DNA of 60,988 nucleotides, filler included. It is 10 parts of 10 records of this genome, joined end to end, with 100 filler letters (N's around TTAATTAATTAA, not from the genome) between each part and the next. Parts side by side here need not be neighbours in the genome. Positions count along the whole stretch, not along the records: positions 18,613 to 24,244 come from SRR31147125_65002; positions 24,345 to 30,179 come from SRR31147125_65141; positions 30,280 to 35,592 come from SRR31147125_65197; 7 more parts are not named here. One strand, written 5' to 3'. The position numbers and the translations under genes are program-made. This document shows positions 21,467 through 31,707 of this stretch, one piece after another; the stretch's first letter is position 1; each line of letters opens with the position of its first letter. The notes under the pieces were generated by a model. The model did no database searches. It was not told the DNA's origin and worked only from the letters and a program-made list of their open reading frames with translations.

Positions 21467-22810
21467 TTACTTTGGTAACATTGTGTCAGGTGACACAAAT
21501 CCAACCTCGGATGATATCAACGTAATAACCATAATGAGAACCGTTACCAGGATAGACACATTCAGATTCGTCCAGTCTATAACCCTCGACATCTTGAATG
21601 TGATTTCATGTTCGTAATAATCAGCCAATTGTAGCGCCGAATCTTTTAATGTACCTGATTCTTCACCTGTCCGGAATCGGTTCAAGGCATTGGCAGGAAA
21701 TACTCCGGTTTTGGCGAGACACTCTGTAAATGTTTTCCCCTCACGCAACATGCTGGGGATAACAATATCTTTTACTTTCTTTTCAATATAACTGTTTCGA
21801 CAGGCTTCGACAGCGGTTTTTATAACATTAATGTTTTCTCCTGATCCACTGTACAGAGCATTGACGACACGAGAAAAAATCTCAATACTTGATTTGTGTA
21901 AAAGGGTTCCAATAACCGGAAATGAGATCAGAAAACGGTGAAACAGGATACGACCTTTTTGCGTTCTAAAAAACCAAATTAAAGCTATGGTTGGGATCAA
22001 AATACCTGCAAATATCCAATGTACCTGGCTCGTTAAAAATTCACTGGCTGTCATAGATGCCCTGGTCATAGGAGGTACTTCAATATTGTACTTTGTCAAA
22101 AGTCCGGTTGTCTTTGGGAAAATGTACATCAGGTAAAACATAAATGTTAAAATGACAGCAATCAAAACCACGGTTGGCATAAATAAAGCGCTTCGGAAAC
22201 TTTTGCGGAATTGAAAATCCCGTTCTAGATATTTTGCCGTGCTCTCATAAATCTGAGCCATATTACCGCTGGTAGAGGCAATACAAAGCATATTGGTAGC
22301 AAATTTACCAAATACTTTGCTGTGCCGGCCATAGACCTGATAACCCTCTTTACCTAACTTGAGGTCTCTATGGATTTCCCGTATGGTTTCCCGCAGCGTT
22401 TTATTCTCGGTATCATTCGCAAGAATCTGAAGGATTTCATCATAAGGAAACTTTTCTTTCAACATGTTGGCACATAAACGGATGAACACCACCACGTCCT
22501 GCACAGGTACTCTTTGCTGGAAATCAAAAAGCTTTTTGCGCACATATATGATCTGATAACCCATATTATGAAGAGCACGCTGAACCTCGCTGTGGCTGAA
22601 TGCCCTTTGCTCCCCTGTTACCGATTTTTCATTGCCCTTTTTGATTTTATATATGAAAACATCTTTCTTTTGCACCTGGGTAATACTGATCTTGTACTCT
22701 GCGGCGACCTCTTTTATTTTTTTCTTAAACTCCCAGCGGCTCTGGGCGTAAAGAGTGCCTTGTATGGGGCGTCCGGCTAAATTTAAACCTATGTATCGAT
22801 ATTCTTGCAT
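21467..22810 (-). CDS. pilC: Type IV pilus/T2SS inner-membrane platform (PilC/GspF family)
   Basis: Duplicated YRY.G...G N-terminal motif, two T2SSF domains, TMs, GEESGTL...LADYYE. Confidence 0.88.
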   Translation of the reverse strand: MQEYRYIGLNLAGRPIQGTLYAQSRWEFKKKIKEVAAEYKISITQVQKKDVFIYKIKKGNEKSVTGEQRAFSHSEVQRALHNMGYQIIYVRKKLFDFQQRVPVQDVVVFIRLCANMLKEKFPYDEILQILANDTENKTLRETIREIHRDLKLGKEGYQVYGRHSKVFGKFATNMLCIASTSGNMAQIYESTAKYLERDFQFRKSFRSALFMPTVVLIAVILTFMFYLMYIFPKTTGLLTKYNIEVPPMTRASMTASEFLTSQVHWIFAGILIPTIALIWFFRTQKGRILFHRFLISFPVIGTLLHKSSIEIFSRVVNALYSGSGENINVIKTAVEACRNSYIEKKVKDIVIPSMLREGKTFTECLAKTGVFPANALNRFRTGEESGTLKDSALQLADYYEHEITFKMSRVIDWTNLNVSILVTVLIMVITLISSEVGFVSPDTMLPK

Positions 22811-22835
22811 ATTTCTGAGTTTTCTCTGTTAAATA

Positions 22836-22870
22836 GCATTGGGCTGCTCAATAATTAAACAGCCCAATGT
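22836..22870 (-). terminator. Hairpin/terminator between the major pilin and pilC
   Basis: Perfect 10-bp stem CATTGGGCTG/CAGCCCAATG. Confidence 0.65.
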
Positions 22871-22888
22871 TTAAATTAATTTTCTTAA

Positions 22889-23308
22889 TTATGGTACCTC
22901 GGCAATGGTGGTTCTTTTAGTCGTTGCATCAGCTGTAATTCTGTATGTTATTGTACGAGTTGCATCTTCAGCAAGTGCAACTTCAACCTCAGGTGCAGTA
23001 AGAGAAGGTGTCAACGTGTATGTGCCATTTTCATTTGTATAGGTTGTAACGCCACCTGCACCTGTAGTATCGGGATATCCGATATCCTCAAAACCATTCA
23101 GAGTGTTGAAATCTTTACCTCCACCACCAAGAATTTCTGGTTTACGATACCATTCTTCTGCACGCGCCATCATGGTTAATAAATCCTGTCTGGCGGCGTC
23201 TTCATTTGCTTTAACGGCGCCTTCGCCAAATAGATTAATACCGACGACTATAGCCAGTCCGACGATGATCGCTCCTAATACCAGTAATAAGAGTTGTTGT
23301 TGTCCCAT
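22889..23308 (-). CDS. Putative major pilin with atypical N-terminus MGQQQLLLLVLGAIIVGLAIVVG
   Basis: AAGGAG RBS; hydrophobic N-helix then amphipathic helix; sits directly upstream of pilC-pilB and is followed by a hairpin. Confidence 0.7.
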   Translation of the reverse strand: MGQQQLLLLVLGAIIVGLAIVVGINLFGEGAVKANEDAARQDLLTMMARAEEWYRKPEILGGGGKDFNTLNGFEDIGYPDTTGAGGVTTYTNENGTYTLTPSLTAPEVEVALAEDATRTITYRITADATTKRTTIAEVP

Positions 23309-23464
23309 GGTTTTCTCCTTTTTTTGGGAATGAAGTGTGAATTGAATAAGTGATTGTAAATTGTTCTAATAAATATTGAATTAAAAATACGGCATAACAA
23401 CTATATGAATGAGTCCTGACGTAACAGCTTTCAGGACATATATGACCAGGCAGGTCAATAAAAA

Positions 23465-23863
23465 TTAGGCTAACACATGATGAGGGCTCACTTGTGTTCT
23501 TGTTGCTGTTACCTTTTCGTCACCGAGAGCACCAAGCAGCTCTGACATATGAAAAGGTTTAGACAGCCTGCTGTAACTATGATACTGCACAAATTGATTT
23601 TCATAATCCTTAAAATCATAAGCGGAAATAAGAACTATTTTCATATGGGGATCCACCTCAGACGCCATATTAGCAAGCTCAATACCATTCATTTTAGGCA
23701 TTCTCAGGTCTGTCAAAAGTACATCATAATCCCTGAAAATAAGATTTTGAATCGCGTCCATGGCGTCACTCACCACATCCACATCATATCCTTCCTTCTT
23801 GAGACCGATCCTGAGAGATTGTGCAAAATTTTTATTGTCGTCTACAACTAGGATTTTTTTCAT
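23465..23863 (-). CDS. Single-domain response regulator
   Basis: ILVVDDN, LTDLRMP, ISAY and KPF motifs. Confidence 0.92.
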   Translation of the reverse strand: MKKILVVDDNKNFAQSLRIGLKKEGYDVDVVSDAMDAIQNLIFRDYDVLLTDLRMPKMNGIELANMASEVDPHMKIVLISAYDFKDYENQFVQYHSYSRLSKPFHMSELLGALGDEKVTATRTQVSPHHVLA

Positions 23864-23890
23864 AATAAATACTCTTTTGTCAAGATGCGT

Positions 23891-23906
23891 TGCTTAAAGG
23901 TTGCCA
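23891..23906 (-). promoter_or_regulatory. Possible sigma54 (-24/-12) promoter
   Basis: The - strand reads TGGCAACCTTTAAGCA (GG-N10-GC) about 28 nt upstream of the regulator ATG. Confidence 0.4.
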
Positions 23907-24182
23907 ACATAATGAATACAAAAATAACAAAAGGATCGCCAGTTTAACCTCATTTTTAATTATGATAAGACAAACACTATGCCAAAAAATAAGTGAAATA
24001 CTCCCACAAGACATACGCCTTCTAATTTATTGTATTTATTATTCTTACAAATGTCTTTTCAATATAAGATCTTTAATCATATTTTTTAAACACGGCTACC
24101 GGATTACATTTTGCAAATTCAAACATTTCAAATTGTAATTCAGCAAGGCCTAAATCCGACGCTCACTACATATAGAAGGGGT

Positions 24183-24209
24183 GTCATTCCCGAAGGTTCG
24201 TGATTCCAG
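24183..24209. repeat. Degenerate GTCATTCCCG...ATCCAG-type REP-like palindrome
   Basis: GTCATTCCCGAAGGTTCGTGATTCCAG resembles the widespread GTCATTCCCGCGAAAGCGGGAATCCAG repeats. Confidence 0.3.
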
Positions 24210-24344
24210 GGGGTGGGGCGTTTGGGATAAGATCTATCCCATTGNNNNNNNNNNNNNNNNNNNNNNNNNNNNNNNNNNNNNNNNNNNNTTAATTAATTAA
24301 NNNNNNNNNNNNNNNNNNNNNNNNNNNNNNNNNNNNNNNNNNNN

Positions 24345-25919
24345 TTTTTTGGCATTTCCGGCGGCAACCTCGATTCCATCGTCGCCAATTACAGCTCCAA
24401 CGGCAAGGTTCGAGATTTCGACGCGTACTCACCCGGCGGCAGCCCCTGGCGAACGGCGATGCAGGATCGCCACAACCGGTATCGGCCCGACCGTGCGGTA
24501 CTCCACTACGCCAATCTCGCCCGCCGCGCCTGTCCCGGCACCCCGGTTATTCTCGGTGGCATCGAGGCCTCACTGCGGCGATTTGTCCATTTCGACTACC
24601 GGCAGAACAAGCTGCGCGGCTCGCACCTGAGTGATGCCAAGGCCGACCTGCTCGTTTACGGTATGGGAGAAACAGCAATCCTCCACATAGCTGAAAACCT
24701 GTCTCAAAACCGGCAACCGGAGGGTATTGACGGTACCTGCATACGTATCACCGACAGTCATATCGAGGAATTTTCCCGGCAATGCGCCGACCTCGGGTAC
24801 AAGGTGAAAAGATTGCCGGACTGGCAGACCATCTCCCGCGATGTCAAATACTTCATGGAGGCGGAGCGGACAATCGACCGACACGCCCGCTCACGAAGCA
24901 GAACCGTTCTCCTGCAGAGGCAGCAAGCCGTCTGGATCGCCCAGTATCCGCCTCCGCCTCCGTTGAGTACGGACGAGATGGACAGGTTGTACGAGCTACC
25001 GTTCAGCCGCACCCCTCATCCGGCGACACCGGAAATACCGGCACATAGGATGATCAAGGATTCGGTCACCGCCGTGCGCGGCTGCTATGGCAATTGTTCG
25101 TTCTGCGCGATCACGAGGCACCAGGGGCCGGCGGTCACCAGCCGCACCATCGCATCAATCGTCGCCGAGGTCGAGCAGATGGCAGCCCGCAACGACTTCA
25201 GCTCAACAATCAGCGACCTCGGTGGACCGACTGCAAATCTTTATGGCACGGAATGCGCCATTGGATCCTGCCCGAAACATGACTGCCTCTTCCCGGAAAT
25301 CTGCACAAACCTGGTCCTCAATGAGGACCGATTCCTTAATCTCCTCGAAGCCGTATCGGGGATAGACGGGGTCAAACACCTGCACATTTCGTCGGGCCTG
25401 CGGCTCGAGTTGCTGCAAAAGACCCCGAAGCTGATGGAGAGGATTCTCCGGCAGCACACGCCCGGCAACCTGAAGATCGCCCCTGAACACACGGAGGATG
25501 GGGTGCTCGAATTGATGCACAAGGAACCCCATAACCAGCTGGTCTCCTTCATGGCGCTGTTTCGCTCGATCAGCAAACGAATTCCCAAAAAGGTCGGCAT
25601 CACCCCCTACATCATCAGTGCTCACCCGGGATGTAGCGACCGCCATACCGCGGAGATGGCAAAGAAGATGAAAGGGCTGGGCCTGACGGTCCGGCAGTTC
25701 CAGGACTTCACCCCGACTCCGGGAACGCTGTCCACGGCCATGTATGTCAGCGGGATTCACCGGGACAAGGAGGAACCGGTAAACGTCGCGAAAGACCAGT
25801 CAGCGCGCCGGCGGCAGCGCAAGATCATCGAAGAGGAGTTTATTCGAAAACCGGGGGGAGGGCCGGATCGGAGCCGGCCGAAGAGCGCTGTCAATAAGAA
25901 CCGCCGCCGGAAAAGGTAA
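24345..25919 (+). CDS. YgiQ/UPF0313-family radical SAM protein (5' truncated)
   Basis: Frame is open from 24345: FFGISGGNLDSIVANY, GGIEASLRR, RGCYGNCSFC, DLGGPTAN, APEH, HPGC and QDFTPTP. Confidence 0.92.
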   Translation, partial: FFGISGGNLDSIVANYSSNGKVRDFDAYSPGGSPWRTAMQDRHNRYRPDRAVLHYANLARRACPGTPVILGGIEASLRRFVHFDYRQNKLRGSHLSDAKADLLVYGMGETAILHIAENLSQNRQPEGIDGTCIRITDSHIEEFSRQCADLGYKVKRLPDWQTISRDVKYFMEAERTIDRHARSRSRTVLLQRQQAVWIAQYPPPPPLSTDEMDRLYELPFSRTPHPATPEIPAHRMIKDSVTAVRGCYGNCSFCAITRHQGPAVTSRTIASIVAEVEQMAARNDFSSTISDLGGPTANLYGTECAIGSCPKHDCLFPEICTNLVLNEDRFLNLLEAVSGIDGVKHLHISSGLRLELLQKTPKLMERILRQHTPGNLKIAPEHTEDGVLELMHKEPHNQLVSFMALFRSISKRIPKKVGITPYIISAHPGCSDRHTAEMAKKMKGLGLTVRQFQDFTPTPGTLSTAMYVSGIHRDKEEPVNVAKDQSARRRQRKIIEEEFIRKPGGGPDRSRPKSAVNKNRRRKR

Positions 25920-26325
25920 GCATCAGCACCCGCATCCGCCCGGAGTAGCGGTCATTGTTTTTTCCCTTCAGTTCACTGACATAACTGCCGTCATTCCTAT
26001 CTATTCCCACAGGGTCCCTGAGAACGAAATCCTCACTGTCTCCGGTATAGACAGCCAGCGGAAAAAACGACAATTCGCGATCCTCTATATAGGACCCGAG
26101 AAAGCGTTAATAGAACTCAAGTGCGGTCACTCCATCTATGCGATGAATAACATTTTCCGTCACCCCATCGACCCGATAGAAATCGCCAGAGGGAACCGGC
26201 CCGGTCGCTATCGCAATCGACATGTCAATTTCTCCAGCCATGAGCATGATCGGCATCCAAGCAGGAGGTGAAAAACATGCCCGCATGGGCAGGCCGCTCC
26301 CCAAGCTGATGCCTGCATTCGTCAA
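25891..26325 (-). pseudogene. FIST-domain gene remnant
   Basis: In-frame NVIHRIDGVTALEFY*RFLG...FFPLAV...FVLR with TAA at 26107-26109; both ends degenerate. Confidence 0.55.
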
Positions 26326-26478
26326 CCACAGTTCGAACCCCGCTGACAGGAGCCAGATCGTCGCTCACACTGTACACGCTCTCAAACATCGTCCCCTCCA
26401 CTCTGTATGTCTTCTGTCAGGGTTTCTGATCAGTCATCAAATCCTGCACTCCACGGCCTTTGTCGCTGAAAACGCAGG

Positions 26479-27399
26479 TCACTCCCAGTCCCGGGGCGAA
26501 AAACTGACCACGTCAGCAATCGTGTCGGCCGACAGCAGCAGCATCAGAAGCCGATCCAGGCCAAACGCGATTCCGGCCGCCCGGGTTATCCGGTCAAGAT
26601 CTGCCAGAAATCTATTCGGCATGCGCATCGTCACCGCTCGCTGCCTCCCTATCCGCTCCAACTCCTCAACGAACCGCCTGCGCTGCTCGGCGCCATCGGT
26701 CAGTTCGCTGAATCCGTTGGCCAGTTCCATGCCGTCAATATAGAGCTCAAAGCGCTCCGCCACATCAGGATTGCCTTTTTTCAGCAACGCAAGCGATGCG
26801 CATTCGGCTGGATAATCAGAGAGAAATGTGGGTGTGTCTCTCCCCAGGCGGGGCTCGATCTCAACGCTGATAATCTCATCGAATCGATTGGTATCAAGAG
26901 CCTCCTGAACCGTCAGCATCCCCCAGTCCGCAAAAGCCTGAGCCACGCTGATCCGCTGCCAGGGACCTCCCATATGAGCCTTCCCGAACCAGGACCCATC
27001 AATTCTTCGTTTGAACTCCCGGCATGTGTTCAGTGAGTCCACAACGAATCGCAGCAGCGAGACACAGTCATCCATCAGGTCGTTGTAATCTCCACCCGAC
27101 CGGTACCACTCGAGCATCGTGAACTCCTCCAGATGTCTGCGCCCCTGCTCTTCCGCCCTGAAACAGGGACAGATCTGAAAAATCTTGTCGCAGCCTGCAG
27201 CGAGCAGGCGCTTCATGCACTGCTCGGGAGACGTCTGCAGGAACCATGAATCAGATGTAATCGGTTCGATGGTACTCTCGGGGATGATAAGCGGCTGGCG
27301 GACGGGGGTGTCGACCTCGAGAAACCCCTCTTTACGGAAGAAACAACGAATGGCGTGAAAAAGGGCCGCACGGAACTGCAGCCCTTCGATATCGAGCAT
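26479..27399 (-). CDS. epmA: EF-P lysine aminoacylase EpmA (GenX/PoxA)
   Basis: LQTSPEQCMKRLLAAG, CFR.EE.GRRH.EEFTMLEWY, ELANGFSELTD and GIAFGLDRL motifs; adjacent to efp. Confidence 0.93.
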   Translation of the reverse strand: MLDIEGLQFRAALFHAIRCFFRKEGFLEVDTPVRQPLIIPESTIEPITSDSWFLQTSPEQCMKRLLAAGCDKIFQICPCFRAEEQGRRHLEEFTMLEWYRSGGDYNDLMDDCVSLLRFVVDSLNTCREFKRRIDGSWFGKAHMGGPWQRISVAQAFADWGMLTVQEALDTNRFDEIISVEIEPRLGRDTPTFLSDYPAECASLALLKKGNPDVAERFELYIDGMELANGFSELTDGAEQRRRFVEELERIGRQRAVTMRMPNRFLADLDRITRAAGIAFGLDRLLMLLLSADTIADVVSFSPRDWE

Positions 27400-27402
27400 T
27401 GC

Positions 27403-27966
27403 CTACTCTTTGACCCTGGTCACGTACTCGCCGGAGCGTGTATCTATCTGGATCTTATCCCCCTCCTCGACAAAGGGGGGAACCTGTAGCTGGTAGCCGG
27501 TTTCAACGGTTATCGGTTTGGTATCCGTGCCTGACGTGTCGCCCCTGGCCCACGGGTCCGCCTGGGTAACGGTGAGGTTCACGAACATGGGCAGGCTGAT
27601 ATCTATGGGGCGGGGGCCGAAAAAGAGCACCTCAACCTCCATGTTGTCTATCAGGTAATTGACATTGTCTCCCATCTGCTCCTCAGTGAGGAACAGCTGT
27701 TCGTAGTTTTCCGTGTCCATGAAGTGATACTCGTCGCCCTGATTGTAGAGGTACTGCATTTTTCTCTCTTCCAGCGAGGCTTTCTCGAACTTGTCGTTTG
27801 AACGGTAGGTGTTGGAAAACTGGGACCCGGTTATCATGTTTTTCAGTTTGGTCCGGTAGAGCGCCTGCCCCTTACCCGGCTTGGAAAATTCGAAGTCGAC
27901 GATAATATGCGGCTCTCCGTCAATCAGTATTTTTAAACCCTTGCGTAAATCTGATGCGTTGAACAT
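27403..27966 (-). CDS. efp: Elongation factor P
   Basis: ATG27966 after GGAG; KPGKGQA, FMD.ENYEQ, ETG...VPPF and IDTRSGEY motifs. Confidence 0.96.
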   Translation of the reverse strand: MFNASDLRKGLKILIDGEPHIIVDFEFSKPGKGQALYRTKLKNMITGSQFSNTYRSNDKFEKASLEERKMQYLYNQGDEYHFMDTENYEQLFLTEEQMGDNVNYLIDNMEVEVLFFGPRPIDISLPMFVNLTVTQADPWARGDTSGTDTKPITVETGYQLQVPPFVEEGDKIQIDTRSGEYVTRVKE

Positions 27967-28177
27967 GGGATATCTCCATACGAAAAATGAACGTAAATCC
28001 AAAATATAATCTGCCAGTATACCTTTGAGCCGCACTATTTGACAATAGATAATATCAAATTCTCTCGCAACACCGGACATTTCAGGTCTTACTCGGTGAT
28101 TGCCGTGTACCGCCGGAGATTGTTCTCGGACGGCTCCGCCCCTTGCTGACGGAGGCGAAACTATTTATATATATTCC

Positions 28178-28693
28178 ATGGTACATTCCAGCCCCAAAAA
28201 AATCGGCGTCCTGTCAGATACACATCTCGCCGGACCCGACGATCAGTTCAAACAACGAGCGACAGCAGCCTTTGCCGACTGTGATACGATCATCCACGCC
28301 GGGGACCTCACCAGTGAGGATATTCTCGGCGTGTTCAACAGCACTGAACTGTACGCGGTCCACGGCAACATGTGCTCCCCGTCAACCCGGCGAGCACTGC
28401 CCGAATCAAGAACGTTCACGATCGGTCGATTCACGTTCGGGCTCTACCACGGCGACGGCCTCGGCCACGACATGGAAACCGGTTTGATCTCCCGGTTCGA
28501 CGACGCCGACTGTATCATCTTCGGGCACACCCATCGCCCGCTTGTCAGCCGATTCGGATCCGTCCTGCTCGTCAACCCCGGCAGTTTCAGCGGAACCGGG
28601 AATTATGGAAGCAGCCCCACGTACGCGATTATCACGGCTGCAGACAGCGGTTTGTCAGCGGCGATCCACTCCCTGCCCCGGTGTATAAAGTGA
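28178..28693 (+). CDS. YfcE/MJ0936-family metallophosphoesterase
   Basis: SDTH, HAGD, HGN, HG, FGHTH and NPGS motifs. Confidence 0.9.
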   Translation: MVHSSPKKIGVLSDTHLAGPDDQFKQRATAAFADCDTIIHAGDLTSEDILGVFNSTELYAVHGNMCSPSTRRALPESRTFTIGRFTFGLYHGDGLGHDMETGLISRFDDADCIIFGHTHRPLVSRFGSVLLVNPGSFSGTGNYGSSPTYAIITAADSGLSAAIHSLPRCIK

Positions 28694-29196
28694 AGACCCT
28701 GTGGACACCGTGGAGAATGTCCCATGTGCTCGGAAAGGAACCACCCCTTGAGCGCTGCCTGTTCGAACCGGAAGGGACCGGTGCACACAGTAAAAAAGAT
28801 CTGCTGCTTTACCGGGACGATCACCGGCTTTGCCTGCTCAACCGCTTTCCGTATGCAAACGGGCACCTGCTGGTCGCACCGGCCCGTCACCTCGGATGCA
28901 TAACCGAGCTCGAGCGGGACGAGCTCACTGCCCTCATGGATCTCGTCCAGGCCGGAGCGGCGATACTCAGGGAATGTCTCAACCCGGATGGTCTCAATAT
29001 CGGTCTCAACATCGGCAGCGTGGCCGGGGCAGGCATAGACGATCACCTCCACTTCCATATCGTCCCCCGGTGGAAAGACGATCACAATTTCATGACGGTT
29101 CTCGCCGATATCCGGGCAATTCCCGAGCATATTGAGCGTACCTATGATAAGCTTCTTCCCTTGTTCAGTCAGCGGATTCAACCACTTCAGCGATAG
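28690..29196 (+). CDS. HIT-family hydrolase (Ap4A phosphorylase/FHIT-like)
   Basis: GTG start overlaps the upstream TGA; LWTPWR, NRFPYANGHLL and AGAGIDDHLHFHIVPRW. Confidence 0.9.
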   Translation: MKTLWTPWRMSHVLGKEPPLERCLFEPEGTGAHSKKDLLLYRDDHRLCLLNRFPYANGHLLVAPARHLGCITELERDELTALMDLVQAGAAILRECLNPDGLNIGLNIGSVAGAGIDDHLHFHIVPRWKDDHNFMTVLADIRAIPEHIERTYDKLLPLFSQRIQPLQR

Positions 29197-29204
29197 CCGA
29201 CACC

Positions 29205-30179
29205 ATGCCGTCACCCCCGAAAATGACCCCGATGCTCCGGCAATACCTGGAAATCAAGGAGCAATATCCCGACGAGATCCTGTTCTACCGGATGGGTGAT
29301 TTCTACGAAATGTTTTTCGACGATGCCGAAACGGCTTCGAAGATCCTCAATATCACGCTTACCTCACGCAACAATAAGGCGGACGCTGCCAGGATACCGA
29401 TGTGCGGAGTCCCCTACCATGCCGCGCAGAACTATCTTGCAAGACTGGTCAAAGCGGGAAAGCGGGTCGCCATCTGCGAGCAGGTAGAGGATCCGTCCGA
29501 GGCAAAAGGAATCGTGAGACGGGAGGTAACGCGGGTCGTCACCCCCGGCGTTGTGGTAGACGACCAGCTTCTTGAGGAAAACGAGAACCGCTATGTGTGC
29601 GCAATCACCAGATCACCCGGCGACACTGCCGTGCTCTGGGGGATCGGCTTTCTCGATCTGAGCACCGGGGAATTCCTGGCCGGAGAAATGACGGACGCAG
29701 GCTCAGTGCCCGAACAGGTCCTTGACAACCTCTCCAGGATGGCCCCGGCGGAGCTGCTGATAGATGAAGCACAGCGCACCGCCCTCGAACCGTGTATCGA
29801 GGCCATGTGCCTACACCTTCCCACTGTCTGCATCACCGAACGCAACAGCGACCTGTTTTTCCTCGTGACGGCCGCAGCAGATCTGCACGATCATTTCAAC
29901 GTGATCAACCTCGACGGGTTCGGCTGCGGCTCGATGAGCCAGGGCGTCATTGCCGCCGGGGTACTGCTCGACTATGCCCGTGAAACCCAGAAAAGCGATA
30001 TCAGCCACATCGAAAAGCTGACCCCGATCAACCTCGATTCAGTCCTGCTCATCGATGACTCATCGAGGCGAAACCTGGAGCTCACCCGAACCATCATCGG
30101 CAACAAGCGGGAAGGTTCACTACTCTCCGTGCTGGACCAGACCAGGACCCCGATGGGTGGGCGGCTGCTGCAGAACTAC
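29205..30179 (+). CDS. mutS: DNA mismatch repair protein MutS (3' truncated)
   Basis: TPMLRQY, FYRMGDFYEMF, MCGVPYH, RRNLEL and TPMGGRLL motifs. Confidence 0.96.
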
Positions 30180-30354
30180 NNNNNNNNNNNNNNNNNNNNN
30201 NNNNNNNNNNNNNNNNNNNNNNNTTAATTAATTAANNNNNNNNNNNNNNNNNNNNNNNNNNNNNNNNNNNNNNNNNNNNTTTTACAGAGCTATCAAACAT
30301 AGAAAGGAAACAAAAGGAGTAAAAAAAAACCACCGACAACCTGAAAATAACGGA

Positions 30355-31680
30355 GTGGGAAAAATGAAAGAATTCGATCATAAGTTGGGCATCCTTGAAA
30401 GAAAATCACGATTCACCTGGGCATTGTTAGTTACCTTATGCCTTCTGGCAACGAACGCCATGGCATTTACACCAGGCAAAACATATGACGCGTCCAACGT
30501 TGACGAAATCAAGGAGATGCTGCTACCGTCCATCTATTTGTGGGTCACCGAGGACCAATACGTGATGAAAACCGGCGAGATCGACGATTTTCGTCAAAAC
30601 CCGGAGTTTCAGGAGATCGGCAAGAAAAACGAAGGCAAATTCGACATCGACGGAAATGGGATTCTGGTCACGACGACTGGGGAAACGCCGGGCTTTTTCA
30701 CCGGATATCCATTCCCCACCATTGATACGAAAGATCCCAAGTCCGGAGCCAAGATCATCGAAAACATGTTCGCCTCCCGGTACTGGCATCTGGGCACCGG
30801 AGGATATGGCGGTTATCTCAGATGGATCAATCAAAAAAGATTGGAAAGAGAGGTCAGCAATGCAATGGTGGCGATCTATTATCAAAATCGCAAACGGGGC
30901 GAGCTGGCCAACCCAAACAAATTGCTCTCCCAACGAATAACCTACATCACCAAGCCCATGGAACTACTCGGTACGACATCCATGGCGAATTCATTCATGG
31001 ATAATAAAACCGACACGGCTTTTGCCTACGTCCCCGCCGTGCGCCGCGTGCGTCGCACCTCTGCCGCGACCCGTTCCGATCCCTTCCTGGGTTCCGATGC
31101 CACGCTGGACGACACCGGCGGCTTCGACGGAAAGGCCGCCAGCATGCGCTGGAAACTGCTGGAAGAAAAAACCATGCTCATCCCCGTTCCCACCCTGGAT
31201 ACGATCACCTTTCCGGTGAATCCCGACGGCAGTTACACCAAGGTATATCCGCCGGTCGTCAACGGATACGAGGATAAAACGTGGAACGGTCCGGCCTACT
31301 CGCTTTTGTCGGCGTATTGGATTCCCAGACAGGTGTACATACTGGAGGCGACCCCCAAAGATCCCTATTACAATTACTCGCGGGTCATCTATGTAGTTGA
31401 CAAGGAAAATGCCCATATCGTGATGAAAGAGATGGACGACCGGTCCGGTGAATTCTGGAAAACCATGCTCCTCGGATTCAGCAAAACCCTTCTCTCCACC
31501 GGGGAGGTCGTCCACTCCAATGCCGCCTTCGAATACTATATGGACTGGAAGGCCAGACACGTCAGTGTCGGCATCGTCCAACCCTATGACGGCATCCTCG
31601 TTTTTTCCGGCAATTTACCGGAAAAGACCCTCGGCCCGGGCTTTTTCAGTGAAGCGAATTTGAAACAGCTCAGTAAGTAA
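30355..31680 (+). CDS. DUF1329 family exported protein (LolA-like/outer-membrane lipoprotein-sorting fold)
   Basis: Signal peptide; GYPFP, AFAYVPAVRRVRR, DPYYNYSR and D..G.FWK motifs. Start is GTG30355 or ATG30364. Confidence 0.8.
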   Translation: MGKMKEFDHKLGILERKSRFTWALLVTLCLLATNAMAFTPGKTYDASNVDEIKEMLLPSIYLWVTEDQYVMKTGEIDDFRQNPEFQEIGKKNEGKFDIDGNGILVTTTGETPGFFTGYPFPTIDTKDPKSGAKIIENMFASRYWHLGTGGYGGYLRWINQKRLEREVSNAMVAIYYQNRKRGELANPNKLLSQRITYITKPMELLGTTSMANSFMDNKTDTAFAYVPAVRRVRRTSAATRSDPFLGSDATLDDTGGFDGKAASMRWKLLEEKTMLIPVPTLDTITFPVNPDGSYTKVYPPVVNGYEDKTWNGPAYSLLSAYWIPRQVYILEATPKDPYYNYSRVIYVVDKENAHIVMKEMDDRSGEFWKTMLLGFSKTLLSTGEVVHSNAAFEYYMDWKARHVSVGIVQPYDGILVFSGNLPEKTLGPGFFSEANLKQLSK

Positions 31681-31707
31681 CCAACTGGAGAAAAGTAGGC
31701 ATAAAGT

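Noticed and set aside
24345-27966. YgiQ radical SAM substituting for EpmB next to efp-epmA
   Set aside because: It is convergently oriented, separated by a pseudogene, and lacks lysine-aminomutase features; epmB may lie elsewhere in the genome.
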